A model generated the notes under the pieces. It ran no database searches. It was not told the origin of the DNA and worked only from the letters and a program-made list of their open reading frames with translations. A program made the position numbers and the translations under genes. Positions 17,972 through 27,618 of a stretch of DNA of 64,000 nt are shown in pieces; positions within the stretch are counted from its first letter, which is position 1; every line of letters begins with the position of its first letter. This DNA comes from Candidatus Berkelbacteria bacterium (GTDB lineage: Bacteria; Patescibacteriota; UBA1384; XYA2-FULL-43-10; CAINNR01). Where the stretch lies: contig JAPLVH010000006.1 in the NCBI GenBank assembly GCA_026397205.1, forward strand, positions 13,392-77,391. Direction: 5' to 3'.

Positions 17972-18694
17972 TTAATTCTCAATTACATTCTGAGATCTTA
18001 ATTTTGAATTCTTAATTATCACCACAAATTCGCCTTTTATTTTATGATTTTTTAGGCCAGAAATGATGTCGGCAATTTTGCCGCTCCAATATTCTTCAAA
18101 CTTTTTTGTCATTTCGCGGGCGATGAATATCTCTGTGTCGGCGGCAAAAAAAACTGATATATCTTTCAGTGTCCGCTCGATTCTCTGTGCCGATTCGTAG
18201 ATAACGACCGGACATTTTAGTGCCGATAATTCTTTCAGTTTTGTCTGCCGACCTTTTTTCTTCGGCAAAAAACCGGCAAAGTAAAATTCTTTGTCAACAA
18301 TTCCCGAAACACTAACCGCCGCCGTCAACGCCGACGGTCCGGGAATTGGAATGATTTGGATTTCATTTCCATCATTTTGACTTTTGATTTTTGATTTTTG
18401 AATTAATTTCTGTCCCGGATCAGAAATTCCCGGCGTGCCATTATCGCTGACATAAGCCGCATTTTCACCATCACTTATCCGCCGAATCACCATTTCAATT
18501 TTCTCCTCCGACGAATGCCGGTGAAGTGAGATCAACTCTTTTTTGATTCCCATGTGATGTAAAAGTCCACCGGCAACTCGAGTATCTTCGCAAACAACAA
18601 AATCAACGGCTGATAAAATCTCAATCGCTCGTTTCGTTATATCGCCCAAATTCCCAATCGGCGTCGCCACAATGTAGAGTATCCCCTGTTTCAT
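17972..18694 (-). CDS. rsmI: 16S rRNA C1402 2'-O-methyltransferase RsmI
   Basis: LYIVATPIGNLGD, CEDTR, GTPGISDPG, IPGPS, AREMTK and KGEFV motifs. Confidence 0.96.
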   Translation of the reverse strand: MKQGILYIVATPIGNLGDITKRAIEILSAVDFVVCEDTRVAGGLLHHMGIKKELISLHRHSSEEKIEMVIRRISDGENAAYVSDNGTPGISDPGQKLIQKSKIKSQNDGNEIQIIPIPGPSALTAAVSVSGIVDKEFYFAGFLPKKKGRQTKLKELSALKCPVVIYESAQRIERTLKDISVFFAADTEIFIAREMTKKFEEYWSGKIADIISGLKNHKIKGEFVVIIKNSKLRSQNVIEN

Positions 18695-18774
18695 CTTGAC
18701 AAAAGTGTAGCATTTTTTTTCAAAATATGATAGTATCTGGAAAGACAAAACGCCACCGGAAAGGGGTAGCGATT

Positions 18775-19044
18775 ATGAAACTTCTGGTTTCAGCCGACAT
18801 CGACCCCTGCGATGGGGGCGAAATCTTGAGTTATGTTTTTCTCGAAGTTACGCTGAGAGACGAAGAAGTCGGAGTGATAACTGCGATTGAAAGTTGCATA
18901 AAAGAAAATAATCCGGACGAATTCTTTTCCAGATTTGATAGAGCTTTTTTAGATTTTGTATCGGGGAAAATAATGATCCGCCCACCATTCAATAATCCGT
19001 ATCCGAATGCTTTAATTCGTGGAATTGCAATCCTTTCGAAATAA
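18775..19044 (+). CDS. ORFan protein (89 aa)
   Basis: AGGGG SD; CCCGAACC/GGTTCGGG plus T-run terminator at 19054-19078. Confidence 0.6.
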   Translation: MKLLVSADIDPCDGGEILSYVFLEVTLRDEEVGVITAIESCIKENNPDEFFSRFDRAFLDFVSGKIMIRPPFNNPYPNALIRGIAILSK

Positions 19045-19080
19045 TCCAGCCCACCCGAACCATAGGTTCGGGCTTTTTAT

Positions 19081-19157
19081 TTTGTCATTGCGAGCCATTG
19101 AGCAAAGCGAAAGGCGAAGCAATCCTTTAAGATTGCTTCGTTCCTCGCAATGACAAA
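19081..19157. repeat. REP-like palindrome GTCATTGCGAG...GAAGCAATC / GATTGCTTC...CTCGCAATGAC
   Basis: Perfect 14-bp terminal inverted repeat plus an inner GAAGCAATC/GATTGCTTC stem. Confidence 0.85.
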
Positions 19158-19164
19158 GGGAAAA

Positions 19165-20667
19165 CTATTTCAGCCACTGTAAAATCATCATCAAAATTAG
19201 TGCCATCATGACTACGAAAGCAAACCAACCGCCGGCGTTTGACCAAAATTTATTTTTGTGTTCGCCCATAATTTCTTTTGAATTGGCGATTTTTAAGGTG
19301 ATGACGAGCAAAATCGGAACTAAAATTCCGGCGATAACTTGCGAATAGAGTAGCATTCGCATCGGGTCAATGCCGAAAAGCGCCACCAGTCCGGAGGCGA
19401 GGACGGAGAAAATTATGACAATGTAAAAACCGCGGGCCTCGGAAAATTTTCTGTCGAGTCCTTCGCGCCAGTGAAAAACATCGGAGATAACATAAGCCGA
19501 TGTCGCCGCCATCACCGGCAGAGCAATTAGCCCGGCGCCCAAAATCCCGATCGAAAACAGGGCAAAGGAGAAATTTCCGGCTAATGGTTTTAGCGCCAGC
19601 GCTGCCGATTGTGGCGAGGAGATAAAAACATTTTTGCCGGCGAAAACCGTCGCTGTCGCGACGATGATAAAAAACGAGATCATATTCGACCAAATCATTC
19701 CGGCGGTGACGCCGGTTTGGGTCTTGCCCAGATCCTTGACCCGAACATTCTCCTCGACTTCCTCGGTCGTCTGCCAGAAAAAATTGTAAGCTGAAAGCGT
19801 ACCACCAACCAAGGCGACCGCTACCAGCCACCAGTCATGACCAAATGATATTGAAGGCAAAAAAGTGCCGTGAAGAATCTGCATCCACGGCGGGTGCATC
19901 ATAAATGTTGAAACGACATAAGCCAGAAGTGCCAAAGTGACAACAAAAAGATAACGGCTGATAACGGCATAACCTTTGGTGACGAGAAAAATCGCAATCA
20001 AAAGTCCGATCGGCAGAATCAACCAAAACCAGCTGATGCCGAGAATCGTGCCTAAAATATTGGACATCGCCGCAATGTCGGCGCCGATGATGATAAAATT
20101 TGTAATTAAAATTGCCAGCGCCACCGGCACACCGACACGCATTCCAAATCTTTCGCTGATAATTCGGCCAAGTCCCTTTTTTGTCACAACACCGATTCTG
20201 GCGGTCATCTCTTCGATGGCGATCAACATCGGCGTCGAAATCAACAAAAGCCAGAGTTGCGAGAAGCCGGCAATTGCGCCGGACTGGGCGTAGGTGACGA
20301 CCGAACTGGGATCGTCATCGGCCGAACCGGTGATAACGCCCTTGCGTGAATAAAGAAAAAAATCCCGAATATTTCGACGTTTTTTATAGGGCAGGGAGAC
20401 AATCCGCCCAAGTTCGCCAGCAACTAATTTTGCGCTCTCCGACTCAACTTTAGCGGTAATTTTTGCTCCGCTGGCAACTTCTCGGCCAGCAAATTCAACC
20501 ACCTCTTTGCCGGCATTAGCTCCGCCGGCAATGACATCGTAAAAACCCTCTCCGACTTTCTCGACACCACTGCCAACCTGGCCGACATCACTGACAGCTC
20601 GCCTAACCTCGGGGATTTTTTCTTTGGCTGATTTTTCTTTCCCTATTTTTGAATTTTGATCTGTCAT
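19165..20667 (-). CDS. NRAMP/MntH-like divalent metal transporter
   Basis: GSADDDPS..TYAQSGA motif; about 11 TM helices. Confidence 0.9.
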   Translation of the reverse strand: MTDQNSKIGKEKSAKEKIPEVRRAVSDVGQVGSGVEKVGEGFYDVIAGGANAGKEVVEFAGREVASGAKITAKVESESAKLVAGELGRIVSLPYKKRRNIRDFFLYSRKGVITGSADDDPSSVVTYAQSGAIAGFSQLWLLLISTPMLIAIEEMTARIGVVTKKGLGRIISERFGMRVGVPVALAILITNFIIIGADIAAMSNILGTILGISWFWLILPIGLLIAIFLVTKGYAVISRYLFVVTLALLAYVVSTFMMHPPWMQILHGTFLPSISFGHDWWLVAVALVGGTLSAYNFFWQTTEEVEENVRVKDLGKTQTGVTAGMIWSNMISFFIIVATATVFAGKNVFISSPQSAALALKPLAGNFSFALFSIGILGAGLIALPVMAATSAYVISDVFHWREGLDRKFSEARGFYIVIIFSVLASGLVALFGIDPMRMLLYSQVIAGILVPILLVITLKIANSKEIMGEHKNKFWSNAGGWFAFVVMMALILMMILQWLK

Positions 20668-20675
20668 TTTGATTT

Positions 20676-21554
20676 TTAATTTTTGATTTTTGAATTTACA
20701 ACATTATATAATTTTAGCCAGTCCTCAATTGTCAATTCTTGCGCTCTGATTTTTTCCGACAACCCCGCACTTTTAATTATATCAGATGCTTCGGTTTTAG
20801 AGATATGAAGTCCGGCGGCCAAATTATTTTCCAAGGTCTTTCTTCGGCTAGCAAAACCAAATTTGACAATTCGAAATAGATCCGCTTCCTTAACTTTACG
20901 CTTTTCGCTTTTAGTTTTGAGTTTGATAATCGCCGACTCAACTTTTGGCAGCGGGAAAAACGAAGTTGATTTTACAATGTCGACAATTTCCACATCGGCA
21001 TAAAACTGAACTGAAACCGACAAAAGCGACATCTCGCCAGGACGAGCAACAATTCGTTCGGCAACTTCTTTCTGCACCAACAAAACCATCAACTCCGGTT
21101 TGTTGTCCGCTTCCAAAAATTTTCTAATGATGGCAGAAGTAATATTGTAGGGAATATTTGCGACGACTTTGTAGTCATAAGCCGTAAGCTGTAAGCTGTA
21201 AGCCGATAAATCCAGATCCAGCGCGTCTTCATTTACTATTTTAATTTTTACTTTGTCATTTTTCTTGCGATAGCTGACCCTGCGGGGATTTTTGATATTT
21301 GATATTTGATTTAGAAGTTCGGCGAGAAAGTCGTCTTTTTCAATTGCCACGACCCGGCCGGCTCGGCTGACAAGTTCCTCGGTCAAAACTCCCAGCCCCG
21401 GCCCGATTTCGATGACGGTGTCGGTTGATTTTAAATCCGCTGCTTCGACGATTTTCGCCAACACCTCATCGTCAACCAAAAAATTCTGCCCCATATTCTT
21501 TTTCGCCCAAATTTTATTCGCCTGCAAGAATTGAATCAGTTCTTCTTTGTTCAT
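20676..21554 (-). CDS. rsmA: 16S rRNA dimethyladenosine transferase RsmA/KsgA with repeat insertions
   Basis: GQNFL, IEIGPGLG, VANIPYNITS, QKEVAER and FFPLPKVES motifs. Confidence 0.96.
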   Translation of the reverse strand: MNKEELIQFLQANKIWAKKNMGQNFLVDDEVLAKIVEAADLKSTDTVIEIGPGLGVLTEELVSRAGRVVAIEKDDFLAELLNQISNIKNPRRVSYRKKNDKVKIKIVNEDALDLDLSAYSLQLTAYDYKVVANIPYNITSAIIRKFLEADNKPELMVLLVQKEVAERIVARPGEMSLLSVSVQFYADVEIVDIVKSTSFFPLPKVESAIIKLKTKSEKRKVKEADLFRIVKFGFASRRKTLENNLAAGLHISKTEASDIIKSAGLSEKIRAQELTIEDWLKLYNVVNSKIKN

Positions 21555-21601
21555 ATTCTTATCTTATCTTTTCTCTCCACTTTGAGCAAGAAAAATGATT
21601 T

Positions 21602-21665
21602 GTCATTGCGAGCCATCAGCGGAGGCGCGGCAAACTTTTTGGATTGCTTCGTTCCTCGCAATGAC
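21602..21665. repeat. REP-like palindrome (GTCATTGCGAG family)
   Basis: GTCATTGCGAG...GATTGCTTCGTTCCTCGCAATGAC; the right half is identical to the 19081 copy. Confidence 0.85.
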
Positions 21666-21740
21666 GAAATTCCTTGACAAATTCAAACTTCTGCGCTAAG
21701 ATCTTTTTAGTCGCAACATCACCAACCGGAGGCGAGAACA

Positions 21741-22118
21741 ATGCCATTTGTGACCGTCAGGCATTCGAAATTCGTCGCAGTCCCAATATTCTTCACGAAT
21801 ATGCATCACGATTTGCCAAGAATTGTTGCCGATGCTTTGTCGTGTGGAGATGAAAACGGTTCCTTGTCTCCAAAAGACATAGAAATAAAGTTTGAAGCAC
21901 AGGGACCACACGATGTCGATAATTACGATGTTGAAATCCTTGTCACAGCAATGGATTTTCCGAGCCGGAAAGCAAACATACAAGAAAGAGCCGCGTTGAT
22001 TGCTGACAAACTATTGCCAAGAATTCCTCGTCTTGACGAAAAGTATCAGATTTGTGTATTCGTAACACTTTCACCGGCAGGTTTTGCCGAGCAAACTCGT
22101 ACTATACGAGAATCATAA
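21741..22118 (+). CDS. ORFan protein with own promoter and terminator
   Basis: TTGACA-N17-TAAGAT at 21674; CGGAGG SD; GTGG/CCAC hairpin plus T-run. Confidence 0.7.
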   Translation: MPFVTVRHSKFVAVPIFFTNMHHDLPRIVADALSCGDENGSLSPKDIEIKFEAQGPHDVDNYDVEILVTAMDFPSRKANIQERAALIADKLLPRIPRLDEKYQICVFVTLSPAGFAEQTRTIRES

Positions 22119-22150
22119 ATCACATTGTGGTGCCAAACGCGCCACTTTTT

Positions 22151-23107
22151 TTATTGCTTGAGTTCTTCGACCAAAACGTTAGAACAACCGGCCGACGGAC
22201 AACCAAGTTGAGTGAGATAAGTTTGCGACAAATCGAGAACCACGCCATCCGGTGGCGAAGCGTTGCCCCAAGTGGCGTTGACGCTGACGATGATTGATTT
22301 GTTGCCTGACGAAATTCGGATTAAAGTTCCTTTTGGATATTTTGAAATGCCGGAAACAACATAGTTTGAAACCAGCGTCATCGTCGCCCGACCACGAACC
22401 GAGGAAAGTACCGTAACTTTCGTTCCGGTGTAATGAATTTCAGTTTTTGCTTCTTTGGTGATTTCAGTCGACAAAAGTGTCCGCTCAACCTCTTCGCCGT
22501 CTTCGCGACGAACGCGGTAGGTTAATTTTTTCTCGCCATTTATGCCAGCTTCAGTTCGTTTTTTGCCATAATCGAGATTTGGATCATCTTTATTTACAAT
22601 TTGGAAAGCGATCGGTTTCGTCTCAACAATATTTGTAATCGCAACTCTGGTGATGATAATTTTATCGCCATCGGCAATGGCCGAATCTAATTTGAAATTG
22701 GTTTTGTCATCGGTGCCGAGTTCGATATTTTTCTCGGTCAAAAGCTCACCGGCGGTTTTCAGCCAACTGCGAAAAATTATGGCTTTTTTGCCGTCAATAA
22801 TTGTGATCGCCGGCGCTTGATGAACAGTAATAACACTTCCAATTCTCGCCTCCGGATCAGGCAAAGTCGAGGCACGATCTTCGGGGTTGATCGTGATGCC
22901 GAGATCTTTGGCAATTACCTCGACCTTCAAACTACGGCTTGTACCGACGACTTCCGACGACTTTCCCGATGGCGCAATAACGATAAATTTGTAAGCAAAA
23001 CTTGGCGACGATTCGATGACTCCTGATGCCAGCGATTTTCGAGAAACAAAAAAGCCAGCGAAAATGATGGAAACCAAAACAATCGAGATGATAAAATTTC
23101 GACGCAT
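22151..23107 (-). CDS. YabE/RpfB-like surface protein (DUF348 + G5 domain)
   Basis: N-terminal TM; ITITRV-like segment; G5 pattern (GINGEKKLTYRV); synteny with ksgA/tatD. Confidence 0.85.
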   Translation of the reverse strand: MRRNFIISIVLVSIIFAGFFVSRKSLASGVIESSPSFAYKFIVIAPSGKSSEVVGTSRSLKVEVIAKDLGITINPEDRASTLPDPEARIGSVITVHQAPAITIIDGKKAIIFRSWLKTAGELLTEKNIELGTDDKTNFKLDSAIADGDKIIITRVAITNIVETKPIAFQIVNKDDPNLDYGKKRTEAGINGEKKLTYRVRREDGEEVERTLLSTEITKEAKTEIHYTGTKVTVLSSVRGRATMTLVSNYVVSGISKYPKGTLIRISSGNKSIIVSVNATWGNASPPDGVVLDLSQTYLTQLGCPSAGCSNVLVEELKQ

Positions 23108-23116
23108 AGGATTATT

Positions 23117-23235
23117 ATATCAAATATCAAATATCAAAGATCAAAATGTTGGTCGGCACTCCGTGCTGAGATTTTTATATTCTTTTTACCTTTTTCATCT
23201 ATCATTTTGATTTTTGATATTTTATTTTTGATTTT
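23117..23235. mobile_element. MITE-like element, copy 1
   Basis: (AAATATC/AAAAATC)n-AAAATGTTGGTCGGCACTCCGTG...-CATTTTG(ATTTTTG)n; near-identical copies at 25968 and 61225. Confidence 0.75.
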
Positions 23236-23238
23236 TCC

Positions 23239-25284
23239 TCAGATTTCCTCCTTCACTTCCTCCGGAATTTCCTCGAGGAAGCGCGACGGCAGATTCATTG
23301 TGAGCTTGCCAAAATAGGTTCGTTCGCCGGCATAAAGCAAATACAGCGTTTTTTGCGCCCGAGTCATTCCGACATAACACAGCCGGCGCTCCTCTTCGAC
23401 TTGATCCGGCTCAAATTCACTTCTGGAGTGCGGCAGAATCCCCTCCTCGAGACCGATAACGAAAACAATCGGAAATTCCAAACCCTTGGCCGAGTGGAGC
23501 GTCATTAATGTGACAACATTTTCATTTGATTTTATCTCGTCGGAGTCCTGATAGAGTGCGACCTTTTCTAAAAAATCATCGAGCGGACTTTCGCTGTCAG
23601 CCGTTTCGTTGTAAGTCGCAACCGTTTTTAATTCGAGAATATTTTCCCAACGACCCTCGCCCTCGGCCGTGCCGTCGAGAATAAAGTCCTTATAGCCGGA
23701 ACTCTCAGTGATGATGTCAATCATATCGGCAACCGACAAATTATCTTTACGCTCGCGAATTCCGTTGATCCAGGATAAGAATTTGGCGATTTTTTCTGGC
23801 AGCTCAACCGATAAATTTTCGGCGGCAAAATATTTTTCCAAGGTCTTAGCGCCTATTCCTCGCGGAGGGAGGTTTATCGCCCGCTCAAAGGAAACTCGAT
23901 CGTTCGGATTGGCGACCAAACGGAGATAGGCCAAAATGTCTTTGACTTCGCGCCGTTGGTAGAAGCGAATGCCGCCGACGACCCGATAGGGAATTTCGTA
24001 ACGCAAAAACGCTTCTTCGACCGCCCGGGATTGGGCGTTGGTGCGATACAAAACGGCAAATTGAGAAAAGCTTGTAGTTTGTAGTTTGTAGTTTGTAGAT
24101 AAATCCAAAAATCTAGCCACGGAGTGGCTACCATCATTTTGATTTTTGATTTTTGATTTTTGATTTTGCGCAAGAGATGTAATCTCTTGCGCAACAAACT
24201 CCGCTTCATCTTTTTCATTTAACGCTTCGTAAATCTGGATTTTCTGACCATCGGGATTATCGGTCCACAAAGTTTTCTCGGTTTTGTGCCGATTATATTT
24301 AATTAAAGCATCGGCGCCGACCAAAATATTTTTTGTCGAGCGATAATTTTGCTCAAGTTTTATCACCTTCGTTTGGGGAAAATCGCGCTCAAAATTTAAG
24401 ATATTTCGAAAGTTGGCGCCGCGAAAACCGTATATTGACTGCGAATCATCGCCGACGACACATAAATTTTTATGAATTTTCGACAGCTGGCGAATCCAGA
24501 GATACTGAACCTGGTTCGTATCCTGATATTCGTCAACCAAAATGTATTTGAAAATCCGCTGATATTTTTCCAGAGCCGTTGGGTTATCATCGAAAAGTTT
24601 GACGCAGTTCAAAAGCAAGTCATCGAAATCCATCGCCCCGATTGATTTTAGATATTTTTGATATTCCGCGTAGACATCGCGAACAATTTCATCAAAGTGT
24701 GAGTTGGCGTATTTGGAATACTCTTTTGGACCGAGAAATTCATTTTTCGCGCCAGAAATGTGAGAAAGAATGGCGTTTGGATTGTAATTTTTCGGATTGA
24801 TATTTTGATCGCGCATGATTTTCTTCACCACCGAAAGCTGGTCCTGCGAATCATAAATTGTAAAATTCGACGGGTAGCCGATATGCTGGGCCTCGCGTCG
24901 CAAAATCTTGACGCAAATTGAGTGGAAAGTGCCAAGCCATGGTAGTTTGTAGTTTGTAGAATTTTCTTCGTCATTCCAGTGAAGATGGGAATCTACTGAT
25001 AGTCCAGCCACGGAGTGGCTACCATCATTTTGATTTTTGATTTTTGATTTTTGATTTAGCAGAATTTCCATTCGCGCTTTCATCTCTCCCGCCGCTTTGT
25101 TGGTAAAAGTGACACAAAGGATATTGAAAGGTGAAACTTTTTTTTCTGATATCAAAAAAGCCAGTCGGTGCGTCAACGCCCGGGTTTTGCCGCTGCCGGC
25201 ACCAGCCAGGATTAACACCGGCCCTTCGGTTGTCCGAACCGCTTCCTGTTGTGGCGGGTTTAGTCCTTCGAAAATGTTTTTCAT
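23239..25284 (-). CDS. pcrA: ATP-dependent DNA helicase PcrA/UvrD with two composite insertions
   Basis: AGAGSGKT, VDEYQDTN, GDDSQSIY, LEQNYRST, LYRTNAQSR, TLHSAKGLEF and EERRLCYV motifs. Confidence 0.97.
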   Translation of the reverse strand: MKNIFEGLNPPQQEAVRTTEGPVLILAGAGSGKTRALTHRLAFLISEKKVSPFNILCVTFTNKAAGEMKARMEILLNQKSKIKNQNDGSHSVAGLSVDSHLHWNDEENSTNYKLPWLGTFHSICVKILRREAQHIGYPSNFTIYDSQDQLSVVKKIMRDQNINPKNYNPNAILSHISGAKNEFLGPKEYSKYANSHFDEIVRDVYAEYQKYLKSIGAMDFDDLLLNCVKLFDDNPTALEKYQRIFKYILVDEYQDTNQVQYLWIRQLSKIHKNLCVVGDDSQSIYGFRGANFRNILNFERDFPQTKVIKLEQNYRSTKNILVGADALIKYNRHKTEKTLWTDNPDGQKIQIYEALNEKDEAEFVAQEITSLAQNQKSKIKNQNDGSHSVARFLDLSTNYKLQTTSFSQFAVLYRTNAQSRAVEEAFLRYEIPYRVVGGIRFYQRREVKDILAYLRLVANPNDRVSFERAINLPPRGIGAKTLEKYFAAENLSVELPEKIAKFLSWINGIRERKDNLSVADMIDIITESSGYKDFILDGTAEGEGRWENILELKTVATYNETADSESPLDDFLEKVALYQDSDEIKSNENVVTLMTLHSAKGLEFPIVFVIGLEEGILPHSRSEFEPDQVEEERRLCYVGMTRAQKTLYLLYAGERTYFGKLTMNLPSRFLEEIPEEVKEEI

Positions 25285-25877
25285 AAGTTGCTTAAGTTTC
25301 TTAAGTGACGTAAGTCACTTATTCATAATAGCCGAAAAAAATCCACTCGGCAATCAAAAAAGGCGCAGGATTTACTTGCTTATAGGGAACAAAAATTTTA
25401 ATTATTGCCCTGCAGTATCACTACGCCTTTGAGGGGTGTCGCGAAAACGACTTAGAATCGCTTCGTGGCATCCCTCAATTGATATTTTATCTATCAAGAG
25501 ACACCTTTCACGTTTCTTTTTTCCCCGTGTTCTTTGTCCTTACCAAATTTTTTTGATTTTCTGATTTACTTTTTCTTTTTGTTTTATTTGGTTTGGTTTT
25601 GGCAAGGAGATCAGAAAAAAAATTTCTAATGTCAAATTTCTAATTTCTAAAAAATATTTGACATTTGTAATTAGGAATTAGGCATTTATTTCTAACTTCC
25701 TTGCCAACGGTAAAATCAACGAAAAAACTCCTCGGAAGAGGAGCACATTAAAAATTTCAAATGACTAATTTCTAATGCCAAACAAAATCCATTTGACATT
25801 TGTAATTTGGAATTAGGCATTTATTTTATTCGCCCCTCCAGACGAATGAGTGCTATTAAATTGTTAATGTTATATTT

Positions 25878-25907
25878 ATTATAACGCACAATTCCCCAAT
25901 TTGTCAA
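25878..25907 (-). promoter_or_regulatory. Consensus sigma70 promoter facing a 590-nt structured non-coding region
   Basis: Minus strand TTGACA-N18-TATAAT. Confidence 0.6.
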
Positions 25908-25967
25908 GACATAAAGCGACTATTTTCGATCAGACAAAAAATTAGTCAGTGTGGAAATAGATAATTT

Positions 25968-26070
25968 ATATCAAAAATCAAAATGTTGGTCGGCACTCCG
26001 TACCGGGATTTTATTTCTTTAGATATATTTTATTTGTCATTTTGATTTTTGATATTTGCTTTTTGATTTT
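25968..26070. mobile_element. MITE-like element, copy 2
   Basis: ATCAAAAATCAAAATGTTGGTCGGCACTCCGTACCGGGATT...GTCATTTTGATTTTTGATATTTG. Confidence 0.75.
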
Positions 26071-26115
26071 CTTTCCGATTTGACTTATTGTGCTATAATA
26101 TATCAAGAGGCAAAT

Positions 26116-26586
26116 ATGAACCGTGATCGGACAAAAAGCACAATACTCTATTTGCTGGTTTTGGTAGTTCTGGCGACGAGTTTCATCATTTTTGGTGTTT
26201 TTTATTTGAAAGACGCCAAAACTTCCGACAAAAATTCAACGACTTCGACCGCAACTGTGCCGACCGGCGATAATCAAAACCAGAATTTGGAGGAACTACC
26301 CCCCGACCAAAAACTTTACGCCGCGGCGATCGAGAGCATTGACGCTAAAAATTATAATCAGGCGATCAGTAATTTAACCGAGGCGATCAAGGAAAATCCC
26401 GACAATCCGAGTTACTATTCGGTAAAATCGGAGGCCGAGGTTTTGGCCGGCAAAAAAGATGATGCAATCGCAACGCTCGAAGCCGGATTGAAAATCAATC
26501 CGGACAATGAGGTCCTAAATTCCAAGCTGGATGTTCTTCAGAAGAATGATCTGGCGCCGGCGAATCAGGATACGCCGAGACAGTAA
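26116..26586 (+). CDS. Membrane-anchored TPR protein
   Basis: TM followed by TPR motifs (AISNLTEAIKENPDN, AIATLEAGLKINPDN). Confidence 0.85.
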   Translation: MNRDRTKSTILYLLVLVVLATSFIIFGVFYLKDAKTSDKNSTTSTATVPTGDNQNQNLEELPPDQKLYAAAIESIDAKNYNQAISNLTEAIKENPDNPSYYSVKSEAEVLAGKKDDAIATLEAGLKINPDNEVLNSKLDVLQKNDLAPANQDTPRQ

Positions 26587-26619
26587 AAAATTCCAAATTT
26601 CTAATTTCTAATTTCAAAA

Positions 26620-27573
26620 ATGGGATTGAAGCGAGGGGCAAAACTGGCAACGATTTTTGCGGCGGTGGTAATTGTTGCGCTGCCGGTTTTTGCTTTCGCT
26701 TCGCATGTCGAACTGCGAACCGTCAATGCTCGCCAGGCCTATCTCGACACTTTTTTCAATAAAACTGTTGCCCAACTGATTTATGACGAATCAACCCAAC
26801 ATAATGTTAACCCCCGGCTGATTTTGGATGTTCTGCAGCGGGAAAGTTCGGCGATTACCCAATCAACGCCGTCTTCGGACACTCGCCGCGCTTGGCCGAT
26901 GTTTTATAACTACGATGAAAGCATGGCGTCGTGCTTGACTTCGGGCATAAACTGCACCGACGCGAAATACAACAAACCGGATTACAGTTATCGGGCAGAA
27001 AATTACGGTGGTGTCGGCCAACAAATCGCCTACGCCACCGCTCAACTTCGAAATCTTCATGACTCTGCCGGCTATTGCGGCGGCGGACTGGCGGTTTCGG
27101 TTGATGGAAACACAATTACCACCGACAACGCCGGGTCGTGCGCGCTTTACAAATACACACCGCACATTGTCTCCTACAACACCGGTTCGGCATTTTACAC
27201 CAACTGGCAAAGCTGGTGGAGTGGAACGCCAAACGGCGGCAGTTACTCGGCGACAAATATTATTTCCGAGGATAATTTCGCTAATGACAGTCCGATGACA
27301 ACCGATCAAATCAACAGCTTCTTGACCGGAAAAGGCAGCTGGCTCGGTGGTCTTATGATTGCCGAATACATCTCTGTTCCCTATCCGGTTCTGGTTGCCG
27401 ACGCGCCGGCGCGGAAATCCGGTGACGCTAACGGCGACGGCAATATTGATCTGCTAGATCTGTCAATTCTCGCGACTTGGTGGGGCACTTCAAACACTGA
27501 TGCCGACTTCAATCACGACGGCACGGTTGATCTACTCGACTTATCAATCCTGGCAAGCCAGTGGGGACAATAA
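26620..27573 (+). CDS. Secreted lysozyme-like/hemagglutinin-like domain protein with C-terminal dockerin
   Basis: Signal peptide; VNPRLILDVLQRES and ALYKYTPH motifs; duplicated DxNxDGxxDLLDLSIL Ca-binding dockerin repeats. Confidence 0.75.
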   Translation: MGLKRGAKLATIFAAVVIVALPVFAFASHVELRTVNARQAYLDTFFNKTVAQLIYDESTQHNVNPRLILDVLQRESSAITQSTPSSDTRRAWPMFYNYDESMASCLTSGINCTDAKYNKPDYSYRAENYGGVGQQIAYATAQLRNLHDSAGYCGGGLAVSVDGNTITTDNAGSCALYKYTPHIVSYNTGSAFYTNWQSWWSGTPNGGSYSATNIISEDNFANDSPMTTDQINSFLTGKGSWLGGLMIAEYISVPYPVLVADAPARKSGDANGDGNIDLLDLSILATWWGTSNTDADFNHDGTVDLLDLSILASQWGQ

Positions 27574-27577
27574 AATC

Positions 27578-27615
27578 AATTAACCTAATTGACCTAATTA
27601 TTCTAATTAACCTAA
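27578..27615. repeat. Left 9-bp tandem arm flanking the four-helix-bundle gene
   Basis: AATTAACCT AATTGACCT AATTATTCT AATTAACCT. Confidence 0.85.
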
Positions 27616-27618
27616 AAA

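Noticed and set aside
8297-25284. Inteins or introns explaining the insertions
   Set aside because: The inserts are only about 8-40 aa, lack C/S...HN intein ends and group I/II cores, and match intergenic repeats.
25845-25860. CIRCE element (GAGTGCTA half)
   Set aside because: The TTAGCACTC partner half at 9-nt spacing is missing.
23117-26070. CRISPR array
   Set aside because: The repeats are short tandem or dispersed, lack regular unique spacers, and no cas genes are present.
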